Positions 1 to 9,404 of a stretch of DNA of 64,000 nucleotides are shown in pieces (position 1 is the first letter of the stretch; the number at the start of each line of letters is the position of its first letter). The stretch is from a virus (taxonomy: Duplodnaviria > Caudoviricetes), in the IMG/VR virus record IMGVR_UViG_3300010885_029461, positions 2,991 through 66,990 of that record, one strand, 5' to 3'. The position numbers and the translations under genes are program-made. Below the pieces are notes generated by a model. That model was given only the letters and a program-made list of their open reading frames with translations. It was not told where the DNA came from and did not search any database.

Positions 1-1
1 T

Positions 2-100
2 GGAGATAAACTCTCTCAAATGCGAAATAAGATTAAAGAAATATATGATGACTATTTTTCATTAGAAGGCGTATGCACTCAAATACTTAAAAGACTATAA
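2..100 (+). CDS. 3' end of a gene truncated by the window edge (GDKLSQMRNKIKEIYDDYFSLEGVCTQILKRL*), possibly an exostosin-like glycosyltransferase
   Basis: Open frame from 2 to TAA at 98-100, overlapping the next ATG (TAATG). The product guess rests only on C-terminal resemblance and the glycan-island context. Confidence 0.4.
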   Translation, partial: GDKLSQMRNKIKEIYDDYFSLEGVCTQILKRL

Positions 101-1041
101 TGTTTAAAGCAGATTTCCCCCTTCGTTTCCCTTGTATTGAAGATGCCGACGAAGATTTTAATAAATTAAAATCCACATCATTTTTATCCCTTCTTAAAGA
201 AGGCGAGTGGTTTTCTCGTTCTGATTTTTCTTCAGATTTGAAGATACCTCAATATATAGACTTTGATCAAACTGGAGCAACATCATCGAATATATTTCAT
301 GCCGCTACACGATATGCATGCGACAGCCTGAATAGCCCTTCGGTCATTAGAGGATGGTACGAACCTAAGATTAGAGCAACTTTAGAGAATAGTAAATTCT
401 ACGAAACCAATCCGGCTACGGCATTAGTTCTTAGGAAATATCTTCCTTCCCAATTTCGACCTTCTGCTGCTAAATGTATTTTTGAAAAATACAAACCTCG
501 CTCATATTATGATCCATGTGGAGGATGGGGAGATAGACTAACCGCAGCAATGGCAACACATATTCCCGAAATATATGTCAGAGACGTAAATCCTCTTGTG
601 TTCTGTGGATATACCCAACAAGTCAATAGATATTGCCCCGACGATTCTATTGTAAAGATGGAATTAAATGGTTGCGAAAATCCTATTCCAATGACAGATA
701 TTGATCTGATCTTTACTTCTCCTCCTTATTGGAAAGTAGAACATTATCAAGGAGAGTTACAAAGTTTTAGAAAATATAAAAAATTTAAGAATTGGTTAGA
801 AGATTTTTTATTCGTTACTATACAAAATAGTTTATCTGCACTATCTCAAAACGGAGTATTTTGTCTCAATGTCTCTGATATATATGCCAATCATGAATAT
901 AATAAAATTATTCAACCCATATTGGATACTTTCTCGTCTAATTGTAAAGGGGTAATGGGGTATAGAATGCGTAAAAGAATGAATTCTAAGTCAGATAATA
1001 CTGGAATATTCTGTGAACCTATGTTAATTTTAAAGAAATGA
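100..1041 (+). CDS. DNA amino-methyltransferase (N6-adenine/N4-cytosine)
   Basis: SAM-binding motif I YDPCGGWGDR followed by catalytic motif IV FTSPPY. Confidence 0.85.
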   Translation: MFKADFPLRFPCIEDADEDFNKLKSTSFLSLLKEGEWFSRSDFSSDLKIPQYIDFDQTGATSSNIFHAATRYACDSLNSPSVIRGWYEPKIRATLENSKFYETNPATALVLRKYLPSQFRPSAAKCIFEKYKPRSYYDPCGGWGDRLTAAMATHIPEIYVRDVNPLVFCGYTQQVNRYCPDDSIVKMELNGCENPIPMTDIDLIFTSPPYWKVEHYQGELQSFRKYKKFKNWLEDFLFVTIQNSLSALSQNGVFCLNVSDIYANHEYNKIIQPILDTFSSNCKGVMGYRMRKRMNSKSDNTGIFCEPMLILKK

Positions 1042-1187
1042 CTTTAGAACAAGAAGTAAAAGTACAAGCCTTCATGAAAGGCGCATATAAGATGATGCAA
1101 AGCGAAGATTGGAATGAATCTCGCGCCCAAGAATTCATTATGGAATTAGCAGAATTATACGAAAAAATGTATCTATGTAAACAATGA
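1038..1187 (+). CDS. small hypothetical protein (49 aa, MTLEQEVKVQAFMKGAY...)
   Basis: Below the ORF-track cutoff; ATGA overlaps with both neighbours. Confidence 0.6.
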   Translation: MTLEQEVKVQAFMKGAYKMMQSEDWNESRAQEFIMELAELYEKMYLCKQ

Positions 1188-1975
1188 AGTATTTATTCGT
1201 TTTGAGTTCCTATTCTGATCATCGTCAACAAATATTTGATGAAGTTATATCCCCTCGCAATAAACAATACTGTGAGAAACATGGATTTAAATATGTTGAG
1301 ATTCGGAAAGAAAATAATCCCGTTCCATTTAGAGGAAACCTGACTTGGAATAAATGGTCTATTATTAAAGATTTAATAGATACTGGAAAATTAAAAGACG
1401 GAGATATTATTATACAACAAGATGCAGACGTTGCCATTGTCAATGATGCCGTCACATATGAACCAATAGAAGGTAAATCTATATCTATCTGTGTTGACAG
1501 CGGAAATACCTACTGCAATGGAATTTTTGGATTACGTATAAATGACTGGACACGTCAATTAGTGAATAATATCCTTGATGAAGATCGTTTTCAGAGAATG
1601 TTGAGAGAGTATACTGTTCATGAGGGGATACCCAATAGACCTCCAACTACTTTCATTTCCGAGTTCAGAGAGCAAGCAGTATTCTATGATTTATTTGGTA
1701 TTAAGCGACATTCGTGGATTCCCTTCACTAAATTACCCAATAATGGAGTTCATTCGGATAAGAAGCCTACTACATTTTATTCCATAGAAGATTTTAATAA
1801 CAACGTGCAAGTTCTGCCTGTGGAATATAATTTAACTATTTGGCCGGGAGAATCTGATACCTCTTTCTATATCAATAAGTTTGATAATAAATACGGTGTC
1901 TTTTTTCGACATTTTACTGGAAGTGACTGGCAAGTTGCTTCTAAGTGGGTTACATTAGTATCAAATGAATGGTGA
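1184..1975 (+). CDS. GT34 (GMA12/MNN10-like) glycosyltransferase
   Basis: NKQYCEKHGFKY, WNKWSII, DxD motif (QQDADV), EQA and HFTG motifs. Confidence 0.75.
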   Translation: MKYLFVLSSYSDHRQQIFDEVISPRNKQYCEKHGFKYVEIRKENNPVPFRGNLTWNKWSIIKDLIDTGKLKDGDIIIQQDADVAIVNDAVTYEPIEGKSISICVDSGNTYCNGIFGLRINDWTRQLVNNILDEDRFQRMLREYTVHEGIPNRPPTTFISEFREQAVFYDLFGIKRHSWIPFTKLPNNGVHSDKKPTTFYSIEDFNNNVQVLPVEYNLTIWPGESDTSFYINKFDNKYGVFFRHFTGSDWQVASKWVTLVSNEW

Positions 1976-2162
1976 ATTAATCAACTTAATAAAAAAGTGG
2001 GCTAAACATATTAGCGATGTTGCTGCTTTACGAGGACGGGACGGCATATATACTGATTCATCACATACTTGTCATGGTTGTGGGAACGGTCCCGTCTTAT
2101 TTCTACAAGATGGTTTATGTGATGAATGCCATAGAGCATATAACCAAATATTAAACTCATAA
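1965..2162 (+). CDS. small Zn-finger-like protein
   Basis: CHGC...CDEC; overlaps both neighbours. Confidence 0.55.
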   Translation: MNGELINLIKKWAKHISDVAALRGRDGIYTDSSHTCHGCGNGPVLFLQDGLCDECHRAYNQILNS

Positions 2163-2308
2163 TGAATAAAATACCTTTATATTACGACGATATCTGTTTA
2201 ATTCCTGATAATTTCTCCGAGTTAGAAACAAGGGATAATGCAGATACTTCCACCAATTTCTTAGGATTTAATGCAAGAAATCCAGTTATACCAGCTAATA
2301 TATTATAA
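2162..2308 (+). pseudogene. guaC: 5' fragment (48 aa) of a second GMP reductase allele
   Basis: Translates MNKIPLYYDDICLIPDNFSELETRDNADTSTNFLGFNARNPVIPANIL*, matching the GuaC/IMPDH N-terminus (YDDI.LIP...R...DTS...P.IPAN); stops 2 nt before the intact copy. Confidence 0.8.
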
Positions 2309-2310
2309 CA

Positions 2311-3279
2311 ATGAGCAACAAAATAACACAAAATTTAAATTATAGTAATATTTTACTTAAACATGGTAAATGTCGAGTGGATTCGCGTTCTCAATGTGAT
2401 ATATCTACTACTATAGGAAATAAAAAAATTAATTCTCCGGTGTTTCCTAGTAACATGCCCGCAATTATTAATGCTGATATTTGTAAAACTTTCGATGAAT
2501 CTGGATGGTTCTATATTTATCCTCGACTAGGAGGAAACAGTAACATCATCAATTTTCTAATAAGAGCAAAGGAAGAGAACTGGAATATTATATCTATTTC
2601 TATAGGAATTAAAGATGAGGATAGAACATTAATTAATTGGATTGCAGATAATTATACTCGGAAAGACCTCTTTATTACCATTGATGTTGCATTATCATAT
2701 CAAGATAGAGTTGAAGAAATGATTAAATATGTTAAATCCGTATTACCTGATGTATATTTAATTGTTGGAAATGGCGACAGTCCTGAATGGATAGAATGGC
2801 TAGAAGATTTAGGTGTAGATGCAGCAAAGGTGAATATAGGAGTTTCGAGCAGTTGTCGAACCAGACAATTTACTGGATTTGGATCAACATCTGTTGGTGA
2901 TTTATATGCAATGTCATTGGTAGCAAATAAAATCAAAATTATCTCCGATGGAGGAATTACTAAATGTGAAACAGGTGAACCTGCAATTGGAGATATTGCG
3001 AAAGCTATTAGATTTGGGGCAGATTATATTTGTAGTGGGTTTGTATTTTCCCAATGTATAGATTCCCCTGCGATTAGAGAAGGATACTTCGGAAATTCCA
3101 CCGCTAAGGCAAAGGGGCATAATTCTCATATTGAAGGTACGGTCATTAAAACATATACTAATGGAAATACTATTAAAGAACAGATAAAATTAATTGAAGA
3201 TTCTTTAAAATCGTCTGTTAGTTACAGTGGCGGGAAATCACTTAATAGTTTAACAACTTGCGATTATATTATAGTTTGA
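2311..3279 (+). CDS. guaC: GMP reductase (IMPDH/GMPR family, no CBS domains)
   Basis: SRSQCDIS, PVFPSNM, IDVA, IVGN, KVNIGVSSSCRTR (catalytic Cys loop), ISDGGI, GDIAKAI, HIEG, SSVSYSGG. Confidence 0.88.
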   Translation: MSNKITQNLNYSNILLKHGKCRVDSRSQCDISTTIGNKKINSPVFPSNMPAIINADICKTFDESGWFYIYPRLGGNSNIINFLIRAKEENWNIISISIGIKDEDRTLINWIADNYTRKDLFITIDVALSYQDRVEEMIKYVKSVLPDVYLIVGNGDSPEWIEWLEDLGVDAAKVNIGVSSSCRTRQFTGFGSTSVGDLYAMSLVANKIKIISDGGITKCETGEPAIGDIAKAIRFGADYICSGFVFSQCIDSPAIREGYFGNSTAKAKGHNSHIEGTVIKTYTNGNTIKEQIKLIEDSLKSSVSYSGGKSLNSLTTCDYIIV

Positions 3280-4117
3280 TATTTAAATATTGAATAAAAT
3301 TCATAGATACTGTATATTTCCTAGATAATCCTAATGATTTTTCTTTATAAATATAATTGATAAAATTTTCAATATTATTTTTTCCAGTTATTAATAGTCG
3401 TGAATATGAGTTTTTATTTTTATTACCTTTAACAACTCGACTTGTTATATTATTTTTTGATAGATGCGATATAAATGACCAATCTTGTTCATAGGTCGAG
3501 GTTATAGCCACGGAATATTGCCAAGTTTTATAATTGGTGGTGATGTTACCGTCGCCGTCAAAATATCCTCGCCACCAATAATGTTGTAATTCTGTAGGTA
3601 TATGAGTTAGAACATTATTCGCAGATACTTGACTTTTATCGAAAAAATCCAAAGATAATAATAGGTTATATAATTGACGATCATGACACGATATAGTTAT
3701 AACTTCATTTTTATGACATTTATATTTAACCTCTTGTATTTTCCAATTTCCAGTTTTATTAAAAATATTTATCAGTTCTAATGCGTCTGATTTTTTTAAG
3801 GTTATGGTAATTCTTGTAGAATTTTTGGTATTTCGTATAGAACCGTCTGCCCACAATAAACCTAAAATATATGCTGCTTCCGCAGTTTGAACATTTATAA
3901 ACATTTCTCTATGTATTTTATATTTTTTTGACATATCCTGTTTATTTAAAATATGTTTTAATTTATCAGATTTAGTCATTTTGATATTTTTATTTCTACA
4001 TCTTGACCAAATAGCATCAGTTGTTCGATTTAAATATGTTGCACAAAAGCTTGCTCCCATATTAGAATAGTGTGTGGTTAAAAAGTTATCATCCATCAGT
4101 GTCCATTGTTTACCCAT
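3269..4117 (-). mobile_element. free-standing double-motif LAGLIDADG homing endonuclease with an N-terminal HTH-like segment
   Basis: Motifs AYILGLLWADGSI and YWWRGYFDGDGNI; convergent with and overlapping the 3' end of guaC; TAAATA just upstream of its start. Confidence 0.85.
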
Positions 4118-4148
4118 ATATGTATTTAGCAGGAATTACTGTATTTTA

Positions 4149-4177
4149 TTGAAATGAGACGTGTAATAAAGTATCAT
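4149..4177 (+). promoter_or_regulatory. sigma70-type promoter TTGAAA-17-TATCAT, 5 nt upstream of ATG 4183
   Basis: Consensus-like hexamers with a 17-nt spacer. Confidence 0.65.
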
Positions 4178-4182
4178 ATACA

Positions 4183-4347
4183 ATGACTTTAAAACATGTT
4201 GAAGGATTTATGGTAGGGTTAGAATCAGATAAAACCATTCTGGAGAAGATGAATGAGATTAATCAAGCCCTTGCAAGTTCTATTTCTTATGCAGGTGGGC
4301 AGAAATTAGATGATTTGAAAGGAATTGATTACTTAATACTAAAATGA
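4183..4347 (+). pseudogene. guaC: 3' fragment (54 aa) of a GMP reductase allele
   Basis: [54 protein letters not shown] matches the GuaC C-terminus; ATGA overlap with fcl. Confidence 0.85.
4192..4320 (+). repeat. direct repeat copy 1 (guaC 3' end); partner at 6381-6509
   Basis: 129-nt manual alignment with 14 mismatches; the first 36 codons encode identical amino acids. Confidence 0.9.
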
Positions 4348-5264
4348 AGAAGAATCTTTTCATTGCAGGACACCGTGGTCTAGTTGGTAGCGCATTATTA
4401 CGCTCCTTAGACATAACCAAATATAAACCCATCCTTCGCACCCATGAAGAGCTTGATTTAACCAATCAGAGGGCAGTTAATTATTTTTTCGATTATAATA
4501 AAATTGACGAAGTGATTATTGCAGCGGGTAAAGTTGGCGGTATACATGCTAATAAAACTTATCCAGCCGAATTCATTTATAAAAATATGATGATTGTGGC
4601 TAATTGTGTTCATGCGGCATATAAATCAGGAGTAAAGAAATTATTATTTTTAGGAAGCTCTTGTATATATCCTAAACACTCCATAACACCCATCACCGAA
4701 GATCAATTACTATCAAGTGCATTAGAACCTACCAATGAACCATATGCAATTGCAAAGATTGCAGGTATTAAACTATGCGAAACCTATCAGAGACAGTATG
4801 GTGTCGATTACCATTCTATTATGCCATGTAATCTATATGGTATAAATGATAATTATGATTTAGAAAATTCTCATGTTATTCCCGGTCTAATTCGTAAGTT
4901 CCATATTGCCAAATTGAAAAAAGAACCTACCATCACATTATGGGGGTCAGGAAAACCTTTTAGAGAATTTCTAAATTCAGAAGATTTAGCAAGAGCGGCA
5001 TATAAAGTATTAGATACACAGAACCCCCCTTCTATTATTAATGTGGGAAGCGGAACCGATATATCCATTAAGGATTTGGCATATATTATTAAAGAAGTGG
5101 TTCAATATGAAGGAGAAATTATATTTGATGAAACAAAACCTGATGGAACTTTTAAAAAGACCATGGATAATTCATTGATTCGGACATTTGGCTGGCAACC
5201 ACAGATAGACATGAAAGACGGATTACACCTAGCATATAATGACTTCCAAAAAAGATACTCTTAA
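4344..5264 (+). CDS. fcl: GDP-L-fucose synthase
   Basis: [67 protein letters not shown]. Confidence 0.95.
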   Translation: MKKNLFIAGHRGLVGSALLRSLDITKYKPILRTHEELDLTNQRAVNYFFDYNKIDEVIIAAGKVGGIHANKTYPAEFIYKNMMIVANCVHAAYKSGVKKLLFLGSSCIYPKHSITPITEDQLLSSALEPTNEPYAIAKIAGIKLCETYQRQYGVDYHSIMPCNLYGINDNYDLENSHVIPGLIRKFHIAKLKKEPTITLWGSGKPFREFLNSEDLARAAYKVLDTQNPPSIINVGSGTDISIKDLAYIIKEVVQYEGEIIFDETKPDGTFKKTMDNSLIRTFGWQPQIDMKDGLHLAYNDFQKRYS

Positions 5265-6159
5265 GATCAAATTCGTTGATTTCTGGCCTAATTTGGTCGA
5301 GACAGATAACTATTTTTATCATTTATTGTCACAAGAATATAATGTGTTAATTGATGCTCAAGAACCTGACATTTTATTTTATTCAGTTGACTATGCCAAC
5401 AAACAAGAGCATAGAAATTATGATAGAGGGAATATCAAGAAGGTATTCTATACTGGAGAAAACATGCATCCTGATTGGAACAAGAGTCATTTCGCATTCA
5501 CCTTTGATCATAATGATCATGACGGGCGGAATTACAGATTACCTCTTTGGGCATTACATATAAACTGGTTCAATGTGCCACATAATGATGATAGGGATCA
5601 ATCGTATCTACATGATCCTGAGTTATTACTTAATAAGAACTTCGATGAACGTATTTTTGATACTAAACCGGGATTTTGCGCATTTATAGCAGGACAACCT
5701 AAAGGGAAACGGATGGATTTCGTGCCTAAGTTGCATGTAAGAAAACATATTCATTGTGCAGGACGTGTTTATAACAATACCAATGGCGTTATTTCTGGTA
5801 GAGGGGATCAGAAGGAGAAGATTGAGTTTCTTAAACAGTTCAGATTTAATGTTGCATTTGAAAATGAAGAAGCATATGGATATACTACAGAAAAAATCAT
5901 ACATTCGATGTTTGCTAACTGTATTCCGATCTATTGGGGCAATCCTTATGTGGGTCATGATTTTAATTTTAATTCATTTTTTAATTACGAGTCATACCCT
6001 ATTGAAGAAATATTATTAGATGATATTATTCGACTAGATTCTGATAGAAACAAGTACCTAGAGAAGTTAAATACTCCATGGTTCAATAACAACGAGTTTC
6101 CTTATAAAGTTCGTCCTGAGAATGTATTGAAATTTTTCAAAAACACAATTTTAAAATGA
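5239..6159 (+). CDS. GT10 alpha-1,3/4-fucosyltransferase-like protein
   Basis: FYTGEN, YRLPLW, and the GT10 motif [34 protein letters not shown]. Confidence 0.88.
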   Translation: MTSKKDTLKIKFVDFWPNLVETDNYFYHLLSQEYNVLIDAQEPDILFYSVDYANKQEHRNYDRGNIKKVFYTGENMHPDWNKSHFAFTFDHNDHDGRNYRLPLWALHINWFNVPHNDDRDQSYLHDPELLLNKNFDERIFDTKPGFCAFIAGQPKGKRMDFVPKLHVRKHIHCAGRVYNNTNGVISGRGDQKEKIEFLKQFRFNVAFENEEAYGYTTEKIIHSMFANCIPIYWGNPYVGHDFNFNSFFNYESYPIEEILLDDIIRLDSDRNKYLEKLNTPWFNNNEFPYKVRPENVLKFFKNTILK

Positions 6160-6536
6160 AGTTACCCCGAATAGATATATTTAAAAAGTATGGAGAAGGA
6201 CATTTGCCTCGTCCACAACCTTCTGACATGGGCGATATTGCGAAAGCTATGGTGTTTGGCGCTAAGATGGTGATGTGTGGCGGTCTATTCGCTCCATGTA
6301 TCAACAGTGCGGCTAAGATCAACAATGAGGGCAAGAAAGAGTATTTCGGTTCTGCTTCATTCCATTGTAAGAAGCATGATAAACATGTTGAAGGATTTAT
6401 GGTTGGTCTGGAATCTGATAAAACTATTCTAGAAAAGATGAATGAGATTAATCAAGCTCTTGCAAGTTCTATTTCTTATGCTGGTGGTAAGAAATTAGCG
6501 GATTTGAAAGGCACAGATTATTTGATAATTATATAG
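6156..6536 (+). pseudogene. guaC: chimeric ORF: about 24 unrelated N-terminal residues fused to the C-terminal ~100 aa of another GMP reductase allele
   Basis: MGDIAKAMVFGAKMVMCGGLF...YFGSAS...KHVEG...SSISYAGG; lacks the catalytic Cys loop and the N-terminal two-thirds. Confidence 0.8.
6381..6509 (+). repeat. direct repeat copy 2 (guaC 3' end); partner at 4192-4320, offset 2189 bp
   Basis: Manual alignment to 4192-4320. Confidence 0.9.
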
Positions 6537-7286
6537 ATGAGTATAGACAACCTTTCCATAAATTTACATTGCGGATGCGATAGAAATATTGTAACGAAAC
6601 AAATAGAATCACATAATATATTAGGAAAGAATATTGATTGGAATTTGCGTATTGATAGATATCCTCTAGCATATCCATCATATTCACAACTCATGAATCA
6701 TGCTATCGCAACAAGTAAACATGAATGGATGATTTTTGTTAATGATAGAACCATGACTTCCACAGAAGAAACAACAAAAATTATAAAATTACTCGAAGAA
6801 GGATATGCATGTGTATTATTATATAATGTGGGATATATGGGTTTTTCTAAAGAGCTTGTTAGAAAAATAGGATGGTGGGACGAACGCTATAAATTGGGAG
6901 GATGGGAAGATCGAGATTGGGTGTTTCGTATAGCACAAGCCGACTTAGCTCTATATGAATCTCAGGAGGCGCACTATGATTATTCTTGGAAAAGTCCTCT
7001 ACAGGTTATAGGACATGGGTGCAGAGAATCACAACCTCACTGGGATAGTAAATGGGACCAAAAGTATCATGATGCTATCGTAAAAATGATTCCTGAAGAA
7101 AATTATGAGCACTGGAATTTGTTTCTAGGTGACACTAAACCAGAAATACGTTCTATGTGGAAAAGATGGGGGGATAGTGTTTTAAATATCGGATTCGATA
7201 AACCAAACAGTGGACCATCCTCAAGTAGTATGATAAAAAACAGAAAAATAGTTGATTTTTCTCAGGTTAAACATTTAATACAATAA
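6537..7286 (+). CDS. GT-A (GT2/GT7-like) glycosyltransferase
   Basis: YSQLMNHAI, FVNDR, IGWWDERYKLGGWEDRDW. Confidence 0.75.
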   Translation: MSIDNLSINLHCGCDRNIVTKQIESHNILGKNIDWNLRIDRYPLAYPSYSQLMNHAIATSKHEWMIFVNDRTMTSTEETTKIIKLLEEGYACVLLYNVGYMGFSKELVRKIGWWDERYKLGGWEDRDWVFRIAQADLALYESQEAHYDYSWKSPLQVIGHGCRESQPHWDSKWDQKYHDAIVKMIPEENYEHWNLFLGDTKPEIRSMWKRWGDSVLNIGFDKPNSGPSSSSMIKNRKIVDFSQVKHLIQ

Positions 7287-7287
7287 T

Positions 7288-7872
7288 ATGATAAACGTAT
7301 TCGTAGATTGTGGCGCTAACCTCGGGCAAGGATATAATAAACTTATTAAAAGATTTGGAGTAAAGTTTGATAAAGTTTATATGTTCGAACCCAATTTAAA
7401 AACATTTAATAAATTACGAAAGATAGAGCATGCAAATAATATGGTTTTTATGCAAAAAGCAGTATATAATAAAAATTGTATAAAATCTCTTAATATAGAA
7501 TATTGTCCATCTGAAAAAGATTTTGTTGGTTGCGCCACCAACATATTAGAAAATATATATGTAAAACCTAATTATATTGCAAATGAATATATGACTAATA
7601 TTCCTGATGGAAATGTGAAAGTAGAATGTGTTGATATCTCTGAATTTGTGAAAAATAATTTAAATAATGAGGATTTTAACGTATTGAAACTGGATATAGA
7701 AGGAGTCGAATACGAGGTTTTAGATAAACTAATAGATGATAATTTATTGTCATATTTCGATACGGTAATTGTAGAATGGCACCCACATATACGAAGCGAT
7801 AAAGTGAAAGATATTGAATATTATTTGAATATCTTTCGAAAAAATAATATTGAATATATACATTGGGATTAA
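7288..7872 (+). CDS. FkbM-family methyltransferase
   Basis: FVDCGANLGQG, MFEPN, LKLDIEGVEYEVL, VEWH. Confidence 0.88.
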   Translation: MINVFVDCGANLGQGYNKLIKRFGVKFDKVYMFEPNLKTFNKLRKIEHANNMVFMQKAVYNKNCIKSLNIEYCPSEKDFVGCATNILENIYVKPNYIANEYMTNIPDGNVKVECVDISEFVKNNLNNEDFNVLKLDIEGVEYEVLDKLIDDNLLSYFDTVIVEWHPHIRSDKVKDIEYYLNIFRKNNIEYIHWD

Positions 7873-7881
7873 TTTAGTTTT

Positions 7882-8814
7882 ATGAAAATATTGGCATTAA
7901 CCACCCGAAATCCGAATACACAAGGAGATTATTTAGAACTATCCTTGGTTCACGGTTTGCGGGAATTATTGGGTGAAAATTTCGTGGAGTATCCAAAAAA
8001 GAAAATATTATATGGTGATTTTTCTGACTCACCTAAAGAAAGATTACACGGAAAAGGTTTCACTCTATGTTCCGATCCAATAAAAGACGTATCATATGAC
8101 AGATATAAATTGAATGTTCATGATTTCGATGTAATTATACATGGTTCAGGTCATATGTATGGAGATTATTGGGAAGTTGATCATCCTAACCAGTTCTGGA
8201 CTGACGGTAACGATCTATATGGAAATGCTAAGAGAAAAATAATATTTCAGAATGAAAATATCATAGGAACACAATACACTGAACGATGTTTTAAGCGCGA
8301 ATTGACTGAAAATTTTCCTACCGTATGGCCCACAGGGTTCGGTATTCCCGAAAACAAGATACGACCATATACCACATATAAACAGAGAATTTTTCAAAGT
8401 ACAGCCCCATCAGATGCATGTTTTTTAGAGAATTCTAGATATAAATTTGATGACGAAGATTTATATTATCATGATATGCAAGAAAGCTGGTTTGGACTGA
8501 CATGTAAAAAAGGTGGATGGGACTGTCTACGACATTATGAAATTTTAGCCAGTGGTGCAGTGCTATTATTCAAAGATTATAACAAAAAACCACCATTATG
8601 TGAACCAATAGATTTACCCACTCTTAGTTATTCAACTAAAGAAGAACTGGATGAAATAACTACAAGACTGATACAAAATAATCAACCAACTAGAGAATAT
8701 CATGATTTACTGCATAAACAGAGACTTTGGCTCTGTCAAAAGGGTACCACTTTAGCAAGAGCAAAACAGATAGTAAACTATATTACAAATTATGAACAAT
8801 ACAATGAGAGATAA
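7882..8814 (+). CDS. putative GT-B glycosyltransferase
   Basis: CFKREL and KKGGWDCLRHYEILASGAV, resembling a GT-B C-terminal nucleotide-sugar-binding motif; island context. Confidence 0.6.
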   Translation: MKILALTTRNPNTQGDYLELSLVHGLRELLGENFVEYPKKKILYGDFSDSPKERLHGKGFTLCSDPIKDVSYDRYKLNVHDFDVIIHGSGHMYGDYWEVDHPNQFWTDGNDLYGNAKRKIIFQNENIIGTQYTERCFKRELTENFPTVWPTGFGIPENKIRPYTTYKQRIFQSTAPSDACFLENSRYKFDDEDLYYHDMQESWFGLTCKKGGWDCLRHYEILASGAVLLFKDYNKKPPLCEPIDLPTLSYSTKEELDEITTRLIQNNQPTREYHDLLHKQRLWLCQKGTTLARAKQIVNYITNYEQYNER

Positions 8815-9382
8815 AGCAGAATTAATTAATTTAATAATTTCCCATAAAAAATATAAGAGTTATTTGGAATTAGGTGTAGGACATAGAATAGAAACCATAT
8901 CCCAGATTAATTGTAAGGAAATTATATCTGTTGATATCGAAAAAATTACAGAAAATATACCCAGTTTTGTCGGAACAACAGATGATTTTTTCAAATCAAC
9001 TGAACAAAAATTTGACATTATATATATAGATGCAGACCATCATTTTAAATCGGTCGATAAAGATTTTAAAAACTCCATAGAGCATCTTACACGAGATGGT
9101 ATAATATGTATGCATGATATTGGTCCTGTATCTGAACACGACACACGGCCTCGCGCAAGCGGCACTGCATTTATGTCATTCATGCACATTCGCGAAAATC
9201 CCGAATTTGATGCGTTTTCATATGAATTTGAAAACGGTGACATATTAGGATTAGTCAAGCTATCTACTAATACTGAGGTCTGGATTTCACCGGAACCAAG
9301 GGGATCATTTGCTACATATATAATACACAGAGATACTATCTTACGAAAAAAAAATATAGAACAAATAGTGGAAAACATATAA
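8792..9382 (+). CDS. class I SAM methyltransferase (Methyltransf_24-like)
   Basis: SYLELGV, TTDDFF, FDIIYIDADH, GIICMHD. Confidence 0.85.
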   Translation: MNNTMRDKAELINLIISHKKYKSYLELGVGHRIETISQINCKEIISVDIEKITENIPSFVGTTDDFFKSTEQKFDIIYIDADHHFKSVDKDFKNSIEHLTRDGIICMHDIGPVSEHDTRPRASGTAFMSFMHIRENPEFDAFSYEFENGDILGLVKLSTNTEVWISPEPRGSFATYIIHRDTILRKKNIEQIVENI

Positions 9383-9404
9383 ACGATGCTTTAAATATTA
9401 AACA

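Noticed and set aside
2311-4347. Group I intron or intein explanation for the LAGLIDADG gene
   Set aside because: The endonuclease is antisense and free-standing with its own promoter motif. The flanking guaC pieces lack about 200 central codons, so splicing could not rebuild a gene, and there is no room for a ribozyme core.
4344-5264. Complete GDP-fucose pathway in this window
   Set aside because: No GDP-mannose 4,6-dehydratase (gmd) is recognisable here. It may lie outside the window or be supplied by the host.
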